DNA of 64,000 nt from Minutocellus sp. GHC0000111 (taxonomy: Eukaryota), in assembly GCA_977018835.1 (NCBI GenBank), contig OZ361258.1:2666001-2730000 (forward strand). Reading direction: 5' to 3'. Shown here one piece after another: positions 10,133-19,410 of the stretch (position 1 is the stretch's first letter; each line of letters opens with the position of its first letter). Position numbers and translations under genes: made by a program. The notes under the pieces are model-generated. The model did not search any database and was not told the DNA's origin. It saw only the letters and a list, made by a program, of their open reading frames with translations.

Positions 10133-13100
10133 CTAATTGGAATCTACATGTAAGTAGACTGGTCGCATGTCGACATGGTAGCGGGCGGGATGGTGCTTTG
10201 TAAAATAATCGGCCAAATTTTGCGCTCCTTTCCGCCAGTCAGCACACCTGGAATTGTCGTTGCTCTCCATGCGATCTTGGACCCAGTGGCAGAATCTCAT
10301 GTCCACAGCCTTAGACCGTCTTTGCTTGACGGTTTTATTGGCGATTCCAGATGCTGTAGAGTTGTCAACGACGATAGCAGTAGGGGGCTGCGGGTGACCC
10401 ATTTCTTCTAGTGCTGCCCGGATTGGTGCTGCATCTTTCATGTTGAAAAACAATCCTCCCAATTCGGCTTCAGCGGCTGAGGACATTACACATGCTTGAT
10501 GATGTTGGCATTGACGAGGATGGCTCCATTCATTGGTGGCATGGGATCACTTGAGTCAGGCTGGCGGTGCGGGTCCTTAGGTCGGGAGCTTAGGCAGAAG
10601 CACCCTCCGAGCTTGCTTCTTGATTTCGGGGCTGACAAGCAGGAGGCGTCGCTGTGTGCACATGTGGGATCATGTCTGACTTGACGTGTCGAATGACTGC
10701 GTCGGGATGGGTTGCAAGGTAATCTAGAAGCTTCTTGGCATCTTGTCGAGTGCGCTCGGTAGCTTTGGATTGTTCCGCTGAGATGCTGTTGAGCGCCGGT
10801 AAAATTGTTGAATCAATTGCTCGACCATGGCACAAGGAGCTGCCCACCACCTGTTGAATTTCGTTGATGCCTTCGGCGTCGAGTGGTGGTGAGTCGTCTT
10901 CCGGTTCTGGCAGCTGGGGTCCCGGGCCATGCGTCGGACGATTCCATCGATATGGCGCATGCTCGGGCCGTGAGGGGCGGTCGTGTTGGAACTTGAGGCG
11001 CATCTCCTTGACGTAGTTAGGCATAGATAGATCCACCCATTTGGCCTCGTAGTTCCACTCGAGTTGAACACCACAACAAAGTCGGCCTTCCCAATCGGTG
11101 GTGATCTTGTGCTTGGAGTTGAGGGCCTGAATGAGATGGTCTGCATGCTCTTTCCCGACATGCTTTACTCCAAAATCGTCAACGGTTAGGCAAAAGGTAA
11201 TTGGGCGGGTTTTGTGCCTCCAAAGGCCGGCAGCACGCTTGCAAGGGAAATAGCCATGGGGTTTGAGATGCTTGACAAGTTGATCGTAGGCTAGGCGCCC
11301 TGCCTGGGGTAATCCACACATTCCGCCATCGATTCTGACCAACACTCGACCATTTTTTACTTTGTCGTGGAGGTCGTAGGCTTCCATGACTTAGTCGGGG
11401 ATGAGAGCTACTGGCGCCCACATCCATTCTGGCTCTGGCATGGTGCTATTGAGATAGAAGTCACTGACATCAATTCCCATGAAACGAGCGTTGTCTGTAG
11501 AGATGACGCTGTTGAAAAGTAACTTTGCAGTCAACATTTCAGCGGTCGGGGTCGAGACTGTACGAGGGCAATGAATTTTGTCGCCTCCTGCAGTCCATCG
11601 AACTCGATTGGGATTTGGTTTATGGGAGCGATAGTCGGCGACAATGCGGAGGTATGTGGCTTTTTCCCCCCGAGGCAGTTCGGACCAGTGGACGAAAGCC
11701 ATTGTGTTGGAGAGAGTGCTAGCACTGTTTCCAACTCGGCCGTCCGTTAGCCGTCCAATTTCATCGATGTTTGCTTGAATGAATTGGTCCCTCATGTTTG
11801 TTTTGAGGAGGTCGCGGTATTCAAGCATTGCACCAGTATCGGGATGGACGACGGCGTTAGCAAAGTGTTGGAGGTTTGGTAAAGGCGAGAAAGCTGCCAT
11901 GTTGGCCACGTGGTGGGCACTGCGACGAGATGATGGCCGTGGGGGAGGGTTCCGATGTGGAATGTACCCTCGCTGACGGTATGATCGTCGTCGAGGTGGT
12001 TTGGCGGTCGATGGTTTGGACTTGCTTGTCGATTTTGCTGGAGCTGGCAATGTTGGAGTGGTGTCGATTGTTGGAGACTTGCGTTTACGTTGCCGACGGG
12101 AGGTGGGGGCATTGGAACTTTGATTGGATGTTATGACGGTTGCATCGTCGTCATGACTGTCATCATCGTCGCCGTTGGGCTCGTCTACTGCAGCCAAAGG
12201 ATTGTAGTAGTTGGAAGAAACTGACGAGCGAGGTGGCGCGTTGGATCGACGTGATCGACGGCTTTTTGTGGTGGCTGCATCACATGTGGAGGATTTTGCC
12301 ACCCTCGGAGGTTGCTGGGGCTGAGGTAACGGAGCGTTGGGGTTGGAGACAAGGTGATGGCCTACTTCAGTCTCGTTCATCTCTTCTACGTCGTCGTCCT
12401 CGTGTTTGATTTTGTAGCACTTATACTTCTTGTCAAATGCAACGACTCTACCCTTGTAATTGCGATCTCCAAACACTTTGGCGACGATGGCACCGAGGCG
12501 GAATCGTTGGGAGTCGTCATCGTTCTCCAGCACCCTCGGAGCTGCGGTTGTCTGCATCGTCTCATCAGAGGCGGAGGTGGCAGATTCTGCTGGGGTCACG
12601 CTGTTGAAAATCTCGGAGAGCTTTTCTAAAGCTTGACGATGCTCGTCTCGAAGGGGAGCAAGGGGTGCCGCTGGATGTGGATTCTGTAGAGCGTGCAGGA
12701 GTTCATGAGCTGCGACTATTGCTGCATCGGCCGACGACGTTTTGGGTACCGGAATCATTTTGGGGAGCCAGACGAGTGTGTTACCAGTGCGTTCCGCCCG
12801 AGTTTCCTCAATCCAAACCTTGTAACACCGGTAGTGTTCCATGGCTGGACCGACATAGTACCCATCAACGCCATGCGGGGACCAAGAGCCGCGTGCCGAG
12901 GGCATCTCGTGAAAGATGACCTTGCATCCGAGGGGGCCGAGAGGCGTGCGATTGAAATCAAAGCCGCCATTGAGTTGCTCGTACGCTGATAGTCGAGGGT
13001 TGACTCGGGATGCTCTCAGGAAATTGAGGGTCATTACCGCCTGCTCCAGCAATTTATCCCACAAGATGAGGGGAAAGTCGGGATCGGTACCACAGAGAAT

Positions 13101-14318
13101 CGCAATGAAATGATTCTTAAAGGTTCGAATGGCTCGTTCGGCCGCATTTCGGCGGTGGGAGTGCGTTGGGGTCAATTGAAAATCTACATCCTTTTCTTCC
13201 ATGAACTCCTTCAGCTCTCGACTCACTTCATTATCCAATCGTTGCAATTTTGGGCGAAATCCTCGCTTGGAGAGGCATTCGAAAATAGTTTGGCACGCTC
13301 GGCGCATTTCCGTTCCCGATCGGCTTTTCATTGGTTCGGCCAAGATGCTGTTGGAGTCATAGTCATAGACGACCATTGTGTGCTGGTGGCCAGAAATAGA
13401 CGATACCAAGAAACGGCCGGGCTGATCTGAGAAGATCTGGCCCGTTATGTCATGACAATCAGCAAAGACATAGTTGGTGCGCTGTTGGTGTTGTGCCGGG
13501 TGGAGATCCTGCTCGGTTTCGTCCACCCCAGGGAGAGATTTTGGCGCAGCCATCGACCGTTTGGGCTTGGTCGACCTGATGTTCTTGCGCTGCTGGTCTA
13601 AGTGACCTTTAATCATCGGTATCGACTGTGGCATGTGCTTACGTACAAGCTTTGATGTGAGGCCTGGCCAAGATCTATAAAATCCCGCATCGATTGCTTT
13701 GCACCAGGTAGATAGCTGAGGACTGCCAGCGCACCCATGTAAAAAGGCTACACGTTCCGGAACCGTCTCCTGGGCAATTGCGGCGTTGGCAGCATGTTGG
13801 ATGACGTTGGGGCCGGGGAGCGGCGACATGGTGGGCGAGCAATTAAGATCTACCATCCACAATTTCGTTGAGGGGTCTCGTTTACCTTGCAAAATGACGG
13901 TGTTGTCCTTGGCGATGACTACCGAATCCTTATCGAAAGTGGCAACACATCCATCGTCACACAGCTGCCCAATCGATAGGAGCGATGATGCCATATTATT
14001 GAAAATATAGGCCTTGCTAGCCGATGGGGAAACCCCAGGGAGGCGAAGCGTGGCCTCGTGGGTGTTCGTCATTGTGCTGTTATCCGGAAGGGTGACGCTG
14101 ATAGGAATTGCTGTCTGTTTTACGTTGAAAATAGGGCCATCGTACGACAGGTATTGGGGCTTCTGGACAAAATGTCCCGTCGTTCCAGTATCTGCTGCGA
14201 GGACGATTGGCTCTTGAGTTGGAGGTTTGCTTTTTGACGTAAGAAAAGCTAACGAAGGCGGGGAGGAGGTGGGTTCAGACATACTATCCTCTATTTTACA
14301 CTGATTAACATCCACCAT
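10133..14318 (-). pseudogene. pol: Copia pol (protease, integrase, RT, RNase H), disrupted
   Basis: PR ADTGTTGHF; IN FSDQPGRF / RLDNE / NAAERAIRTFKNHF; RT IDVSDFYL, LPQAG, VDD; RNaseH HSDAS, SSAAEAELGG, VDNSTA, NLADYFTK. In-frame TAA at 11391-11393 and frameshifts near 10655, 10490, 10265 and 10240. Confidence 0.95.
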
Positions 14319-14327
14319 CCCTCCCGC

Positions 14328-15608
14328 TCAGTTACGACGCGAGCTACCACCGCAAGGATTGCACTTGGTGGCGTTATCAACGTGGTTGGGCCCTTTGCAA
14401 GTGCATTCAAAGCTGGGGTGGTTGGACGAATAGCCGCACGTGTGGCAATAATGGCCTCTGGGGAGGATCGACTGCAGTTCCCGCTTCTCCTGGCGGTTGA
14501 GGTTAGGACCTTGGCCTGGGAAGTGGCCGGCGCCGTTCTGCTGGCCACCGCCGCGGTAGCCTCCACTGCCACCAGCATGGTTGCGTCCCTCACGCAGAAC
14601 GCGGTTCTCGGCCTTGAGTGAAGCTGTTTCTTGACGAAGTTTGGCAATGGTGTCATCCTTCTCGTTGCCCTTTTTTGCGAGGTTCGCCATCATGGCTTGG
14701 TTGGTCTTGAGGGCTTCGGTGGCATCAGCCAAAAGGAGATCGGCTCGAGAAAGAAATGGATCGTCCGAGGCCGATGAGGCCAAATTCGCGCCATGACATC
14801 CTGCCGCTTCGGTGGTGGTATTGGCCATCTTCTTATCATGCCAATCGCGGAAGTCCGACTGCATGTTGGCCCACGTGCGTTCGGCCTCCGGTCTGTCGTC
14901 CCAGTCCTCGCATGCCTTCTTTGCCAATGAGAACCTGCGCACGGAGCGGTAGAACTTGGAGACCTTTTGCTTGTTGGTGAAGGGTTCGCCGGCCGTTTCA
15001 AACGCCTTGAAGACTTTGTTGAATGTGGCGATGTGGGTGTCGATGGGTCCCCCGTCGCACTGCTTCTCGAGCTGCTTCTCTAATTCCTCCTTCTGAGTCT
15101 CGTTGAATTTCAAGTAGCGATCGGCAATGCTGTCGATGATTTGGCGGATGGTGACTGGCTGGAAACCGAGCATGTCATCTTCGAGATGATTGATGTAGAC
15201 GGCGTCGATCGAGTCGAGGAGGAGATTCTTGAGCGCCGTGTTGACTTGCTCGTACAAGTTGCAGTGGCCCTTTTCGATGTGATGTCCCCGGATTGCACGA
15301 TCGCGTTGGTCTAGATTGGCCACGGCGGGAATGGTGGGGCTGGGGCCAGGATTTGCCGGAGGCGCATGTGGTCGGCCGTCACTTTTGGTGGTGTGTTCGG
15401 CATCGCTGACGACGAGGCCCAAATGGCCGAGGTTGTGGTCATTGCACCCTGCTGGAATGCTGGCCGCCGCTTGTTGAAGTTCCTTGAGCGCTTTGGCAAC
15501 ACGCTCGCGTTGGGGAGGTTGTCCTGGGTCATTCATGCGTGTGATTAACTTGGTGGGGAGAATCGGCGCTGCGCCGAGAGGTTGGCCAAAAACTGCGTCG
15601 GGATTCAT
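14328..15608 (-). CDS. gag: Copia gag
   Basis: 426-aa ORF upstream of pol with GHLGLV, PANPG and C-terminal knuckle-like YCHTCGYSSNHPSFEC. Confidence 0.88.
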   Translation of the reverse strand: MNPDAVFGQPLGAAPILPTKLITRMNDPGQPPQRERVAKALKELQQAAASIPAGCNDHNLGHLGLVVSDAEHTTKSDGRPHAPPANPGPSPTIPAVANLDQRDRAIRGHHIEKGHCNLYEQVNTALKNLLLDSIDAVYINHLEDDMLGFQPVTIRQIIDSIADRYLKFNETQKEELEKQLEKQCDGGPIDTHIATFNKVFKAFETAGEPFTNKQKVSKFYRSVRRFSLAKKACEDWDDRPEAERTWANMQSDFRDWHDKKMANTTTEAAGCHGANLASSASDDPFLSRADLLLADATEALKTNQAMMANLAKKGNEKDDTIAKLRQETASLKAENRVLREGRNHAGGSGGYRGGGQQNGAGHFPGQGPNLNRQEKRELQSILPRGHYCHTCGYSSNHPSFECTCKGPNHVDNATKCNPCGGSSRRN

Positions 15609-15889
15609 GCTGCTGGTGTTTCAGTCAGCGAAGACAGGCAGCGCGGCGGTGTTGCTGCGAGACGTGTGATCAACAGAAGGTTCGATCCAGAGAAGTGTGA
15701 TCGATTGGATGGGTCGATCTGGTCAGGACTTTCGGGGAAGGGATTGGATCGTCGTTCCAATATTGTCGAAAGAAACGGTCGTTTTGGCCGATTGAAGATG
15801 TGTCGGTTTTTCTTGCGTGACGAGTGAGAACCCAAGACAAACCGGTGAGGTGCGAACCGAAATGGGGCGAGCACGGGTGGAAAAGATGT

Positions 15890-15901
15890 ATCACGTAGGT
15901 C
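15890..15901 (-). promoter_or_regulatory. Primer-binding-site position (non-canonical, no TGG)
   Basis: Element-sense GACCTACGTGAT immediately follows the 5' LTR. Confidence 0.55.
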
Positions 15902-16097
15902 TGCTAAGAGGTCCTAAAGCTAAGCTAGATAGATATAGCTAGTAGAGGTAAATAGGACCTACGTAGATGAAAAATGGGCCATCGGAGATGTCGTTGGCCC
16001 ATGGATCAACGGTCAGGAGAGGGCACTGAGTCAGTGGTCTGATCACCGTACGTACCGTACGTATGTATACGTACGTACGTATCCCACGGCATCAACA
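15902..16097 (-). repeat. 5' LTR (196 bp)
   Basis: Element-sense TGTTGATG...TAGCA, flanked by TSD TTGAC. Confidence 0.97.
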
Positions 16098-16102
16098 TTG
16101 AC

Positions 16103-16411
16103 CTTCTCGATGCTGTTGTTGAGGACGACGAGAAGAAATTCCTGTGTAAAAAAGGCCACAGTGATCAGGCTCTAGAAGATAAAGTCCGCAGTATTTCTCG
16201 GCGTGCATTAGACCTGCTAAACAAGATGGAAGGCTCTCCCGAAGATGGCAACCACACAAGGAAGGATGGATGCTCTCTGGTGTGGGTTCGTTCGCGAGCC
16301 CAAAAGATCAAAACTAAGCACAAAGCAAGCAGCATGAAGGAGGCATCGGAAAGCAACTCCCAGACATCACTTGATTCTCATTTTTTACGCAAAAGCGGCG
16401 GCAGTAAGTAG
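16103..16411 (+). pseudogene. 3' part of the Crypton tyrosine recombinase ORF (102 codons + TAG)
   Basis: Removing the Copia and one TSD joins ...NHCLD|LLDAVVEDD... in frame, giving a 783-aa ORF. Confidence 0.85.
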
Positions 16412-16921
16412 ATATGTAGCTCTCGAATTTATTTGTTGTGATGGTGCGTGATGTGATTCGGGTGCGCGATTTCGAGGGGGTTTCTGGAAAGAATTCGCCA
16501 CGTCAGCAGCGCTTTTAAGTCTCACTGGATGTCTTGCACTTTCCAGAAAGCGCGGCCGGCGCGCGCGGTGCGCCGTCCCGGCGTCGTCCGTTCCTCGCGG
16601 CGACACGTGGCCGCTGCGCGGCCACTTTCCAGCCGGAAAGTGTGATTTTTTTGCGGTTGCCGTTTGCTCTGCAACGTCAGCAGATTTCTTTTTGTGCTGG
16701 CTCATCCATGCATTGTGAGAGCCATGGTAAGGTAGGTGCCAACACTTGCGCATTGCACGACACAGACGAATGGTGTGGTGGACCTACCACGTAGCTCCAT
16801 AGAGGCAGATCACGTACCGTGTCCACGCCAAGAGCACTTCATGAGGCCCGTGGTCAGCGCTCCGATACCTTTATTCGCTCACATTCACCGAAGCCGGCCA
16901 CACTCCTTGCCTCCTCTCTTC

Positions 16922-17679
16922 ATGATGACTGCCGGCGGCGTTGGTGACACAAGCCCTCTGCTATCGAAGCCGCAGGCGCTGCTTTCCCTCCCTTCTGCTC
17001 TATCATCCATCCAGCTTCCACCGATACCGCTTTTATGTCTCTATTCCGCGATACTGATCATTGCATCGGCCGCAACGTGGTTGTATTTGCGCCTCTACCA
17101 TCCAATAGTTCATCCCTACCCCTGGACGCTGGCATTTTCTCCCTCACGACGGATAAGGTGGTGTTGGCAGGGTCGTACAATCCACCGCATCGGGGACATG
17201 TCGCCATGCTGTCCTATTTGTCGCAGAGATACGGCGAGGTGATTGCCGTGGTGGGGATGAATCCAGCCAAAAAGTATGCCGTAAGTCCACAACAGCGGGC
17301 AGAATTCATCCAGCAAATGATCGATGCCGAGGAAGAAATCAAGGACAATGTCCGTGTCGAGGTGGTGCAGGGGTACATCTGGCGCTTCGCTTTTCGAGAG
17401 GGTGTGTCGATCATGTTCCGTGGCATCCGCAGCTGGGCCAAGGATGGTGACGAAGAACGATATCTGCATTTTCTCAATACGTGGGGACCCATGGTGTTCG
17501 GTCCACTGCGTTGGCCATTGCCGACGCAATTCTTGGAGGGAAAGCCAGAATACAATCACATATCGAGCACGTTGATTCGAAACATGTGTGTGGAGGCCAA
17601 GAAGAAAGGAACCGAGGCGGATTTAACTGCATTGGTTCCGGAAGGAGTTGCCGACGGTGTTGCCAAGGCATATTGCTAG
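16922..17679 (+). CDS. coaD: Phosphopantetheine adenylyltransferase (CoaD-like), apparent frameshift between N-terminal TM segment and catalytic domain
   Basis: LAGSYNPPHRGH (HxGH), NPAKK, RGIR and ISSTLIR in frame 17035-17679; hydrophobic leader from ATG 16922 lies in another frame. Confidence 0.8.
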
Positions 17680-17753
17680 CTAGCTACACTAATAAGTACA
17701 TAAATATCACGTGAATGTCTCTAGCTACTAATAAGCACATAAATATCACATGA
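17680..17753. repeat. Short imperfect tandem repeat (~34 bp x2) between convergent genes; second instance at 32256-32329
   Basis: ctagctacactaataagtacataaatatcacgtga / ctagctactaataagcacataaatatcacatga. Confidence 0.75.
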
Positions 17754-17888
17754 GGCTACCTATTCAGTTGAATATGGTTCTAACTTTTCATTATGATAGA
17801 TAGATTTAAGCTATATTTAGCGGGACGAACACCACCACCAAAATATCACGTGAAGTCTCTACTGTAGCCAAGACTCGCTCTGGCGAGC

Positions 17889-18911
17889 TCACTCTCTGGC
17901 CTTATTGTGCTGCTTGTAGTCAGGCAGATAAGGAGCCGCCATGGTGAACATCTCCGTGAAAAAGTTGTAGGGGATGAAAAAGGTTCCCATGCGCGTACCC
18001 CAAGCCATACTTCCCAAGTCGCGAAGGGCACAGACACCGATACTACGGAGGATATCGTTGGGGAGCTTCTGGGGTGGCACGGCACTCTTCTGCGCGGCCT
18101 CCATAAGCTCAATCTTGTGATCGACCTTGTCGTAAAAGTTACTGGCCACCGGTGATGGGTGTACGGCGACGACATCAATCCCGAGATTCTGAACCTCGAT
18201 GTGCAGACTGCAGGCGAATTGCGACACAAAGGCCTTCGTCGAGGCATACATGGCAGCGAATGGAGTGGGGATGAATCCCGCCACAGACGACGTGAAGACA
18301 ATGCAACCCTTCAGCTTCTTCTCCACCAGAATCTTGACAAAGTGATGCGTAACGTTGACCGAGGCTGTGGCATTGCACTCCACATTGGCCAAAAGCTTGC
18401 CGATGGGCGCCTGGTCCAGAAATCCGGTAACGATGAAGCCAGCGTTGTTGAAAATAACCTGCACATCAATGTCCTTGGTCTTGGCCTTGATGGACTTCAT
18501 GTAATCCACACCCGGACTGAAGTTCACACCGACGGGCCGGAACTCCAAATCGGGATACTCGGCCTGCAATTCCTTGATGGTGGTCTTGAGGAAATCATCG
18601 TCGAGCGACACCACCACAACGTTGAGCCCCTGCGAGGCCAGCTTGAAGCACAGGGCCTTGCCAATACCGCTGCCACCGCCCGTGACGAGGGCCCACTTGG
18701 CTCCGTACTTCTTCTTCAAGTCGGGCACGGGACGGAAGGCCATGAACAGCTGGGGGATGAGGTAGGCAATGAACCAAAAGGTGGCCGGAACGGCCAGGAC
18801 GGCGATCAAATAAACGGCATATGGCGACAAAATGGCCGGAACCTCGACGGGATCCGGCATGATGCATTCCGGCACCGCCGGCTCCTGGGATGAGAACAAC
18901 GACCAGCCCAT
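17889..18911 (-). CDS. Short-chain dehydrogenase/reductase, KCR/17beta-HSD12-like
   Basis: N-terminal TM, YGAKWALVTGGGSGIG, NNAG, YASTK; likely ATG at 18911. Confidence 0.9.
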   Translation of the reverse strand: MGWSLFSSQEPAVPECIMPDPVEVPAILSPYAVYLIAVLAVPATFWFIAYLIPQLFMAFRPVPDLKKKYGAKWALVTGGGSGIGKALCFKLASQGLNVVVVSLDDDFLKTTIKELQAEYPDLEFRPVGVNFSPGVDYMKSIKAKTKDIDVQVIFNNAGFIVTGFLDQAPIGKLLANVECNATASVNVTHHFVKILVEKKLKGCIVFTSSVAGFIPTPFAAMYASTKAFVSQFACSLHIEVQNLGIDVVAVHPSPVASNFYDKVDHKIELMEAAQKSAVPPQKLPNDILRSIGVCALRDLGSMAWGTRMGTFFIPYNFFTEMFTMAAPYLPDYKQHNKARE

Positions 18912-19410
18912 GTTGGTTTTGTTATCGGATAACAAAATGGCGCTGCGATGATAACAGCTGATGATAACCCAAATGGCCAATGACGTCGTGGCCCATTGAT
19001 CAAAAAGGAGTTATTGCGTATGAGGGGCCCTGCAGCCCTTTTCTTTGTGACGTCCGTGCTTTCCGTTGGCCGCCTCCATTTTTCGATACCGCGTTGGAGT
19101 CAAATAGCCCAAGAATACATCAGCCAGGACATATTGCTGGCTGGGGTGGAGCTGAACCTCCTCGCTTTGCTTTATACCATTGAAAGGAGTTGGTTTGATA
19201 GCGACCGCCTCCTGATTGATTCAGCGTAGTCAACACATCTTGTGCCGATTTTTATCGGATCGTGTCTGATTCCCGGTTGACCAGCGGCCAAGCCGGAGGC
19301 AATCCCATCAACGTTTTTGTACCTTTCTTCAGTTGAACCGGTTCAGATAAACCTTGAAAAACTGCCACCAGGACCTTAACGGCAGGTCCATTTATAGAAA
19401 AGCAGCAACT

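Larger units (their letters stand above)
9890..16097 (-). mobile_element. Ty1/Copia LTR retrotransposon (CoDi-like), full length 6208 bp, coding-defective
   Basis: TG...CA LTRs, 5-bp TSD TTGAC (9885-9889, 16098-16102), domain order gag-PR-IN-RT-RNaseH. Confidence 0.97.
7620..16727 (+). mobile_element. Crypton (CryptonS-like) tyrosine-recombinase DNA transposon, interrupted by Copia; ends tentative
   Basis: YR ORF; shared subterminal C-NN-GAAAG motifs at 7651-7686 and 16481-16642; candidate terminal direct repeat gATGG (7620-7624) / cATGG (16723-16727). Confidence 0.6.

Noticed and set aside
10590..11387. Stand-alone RT (retron/DGR-like)
   Set aside because: In frame with upstream pol across one TAA; Copia-type motifs inside LTRs
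10133..15608. CpG decay, RIP or ADAR as cause of the coding changes
   Set aside because: C->T processes cannot turn TAY into CAY/TGY, and changes occur as both A->G and T->C on the coding strand
18159..18893. 244-aa plus-strand ORF (and its duplicate)
   Set aside because: Antisense shadow of the SDR gene
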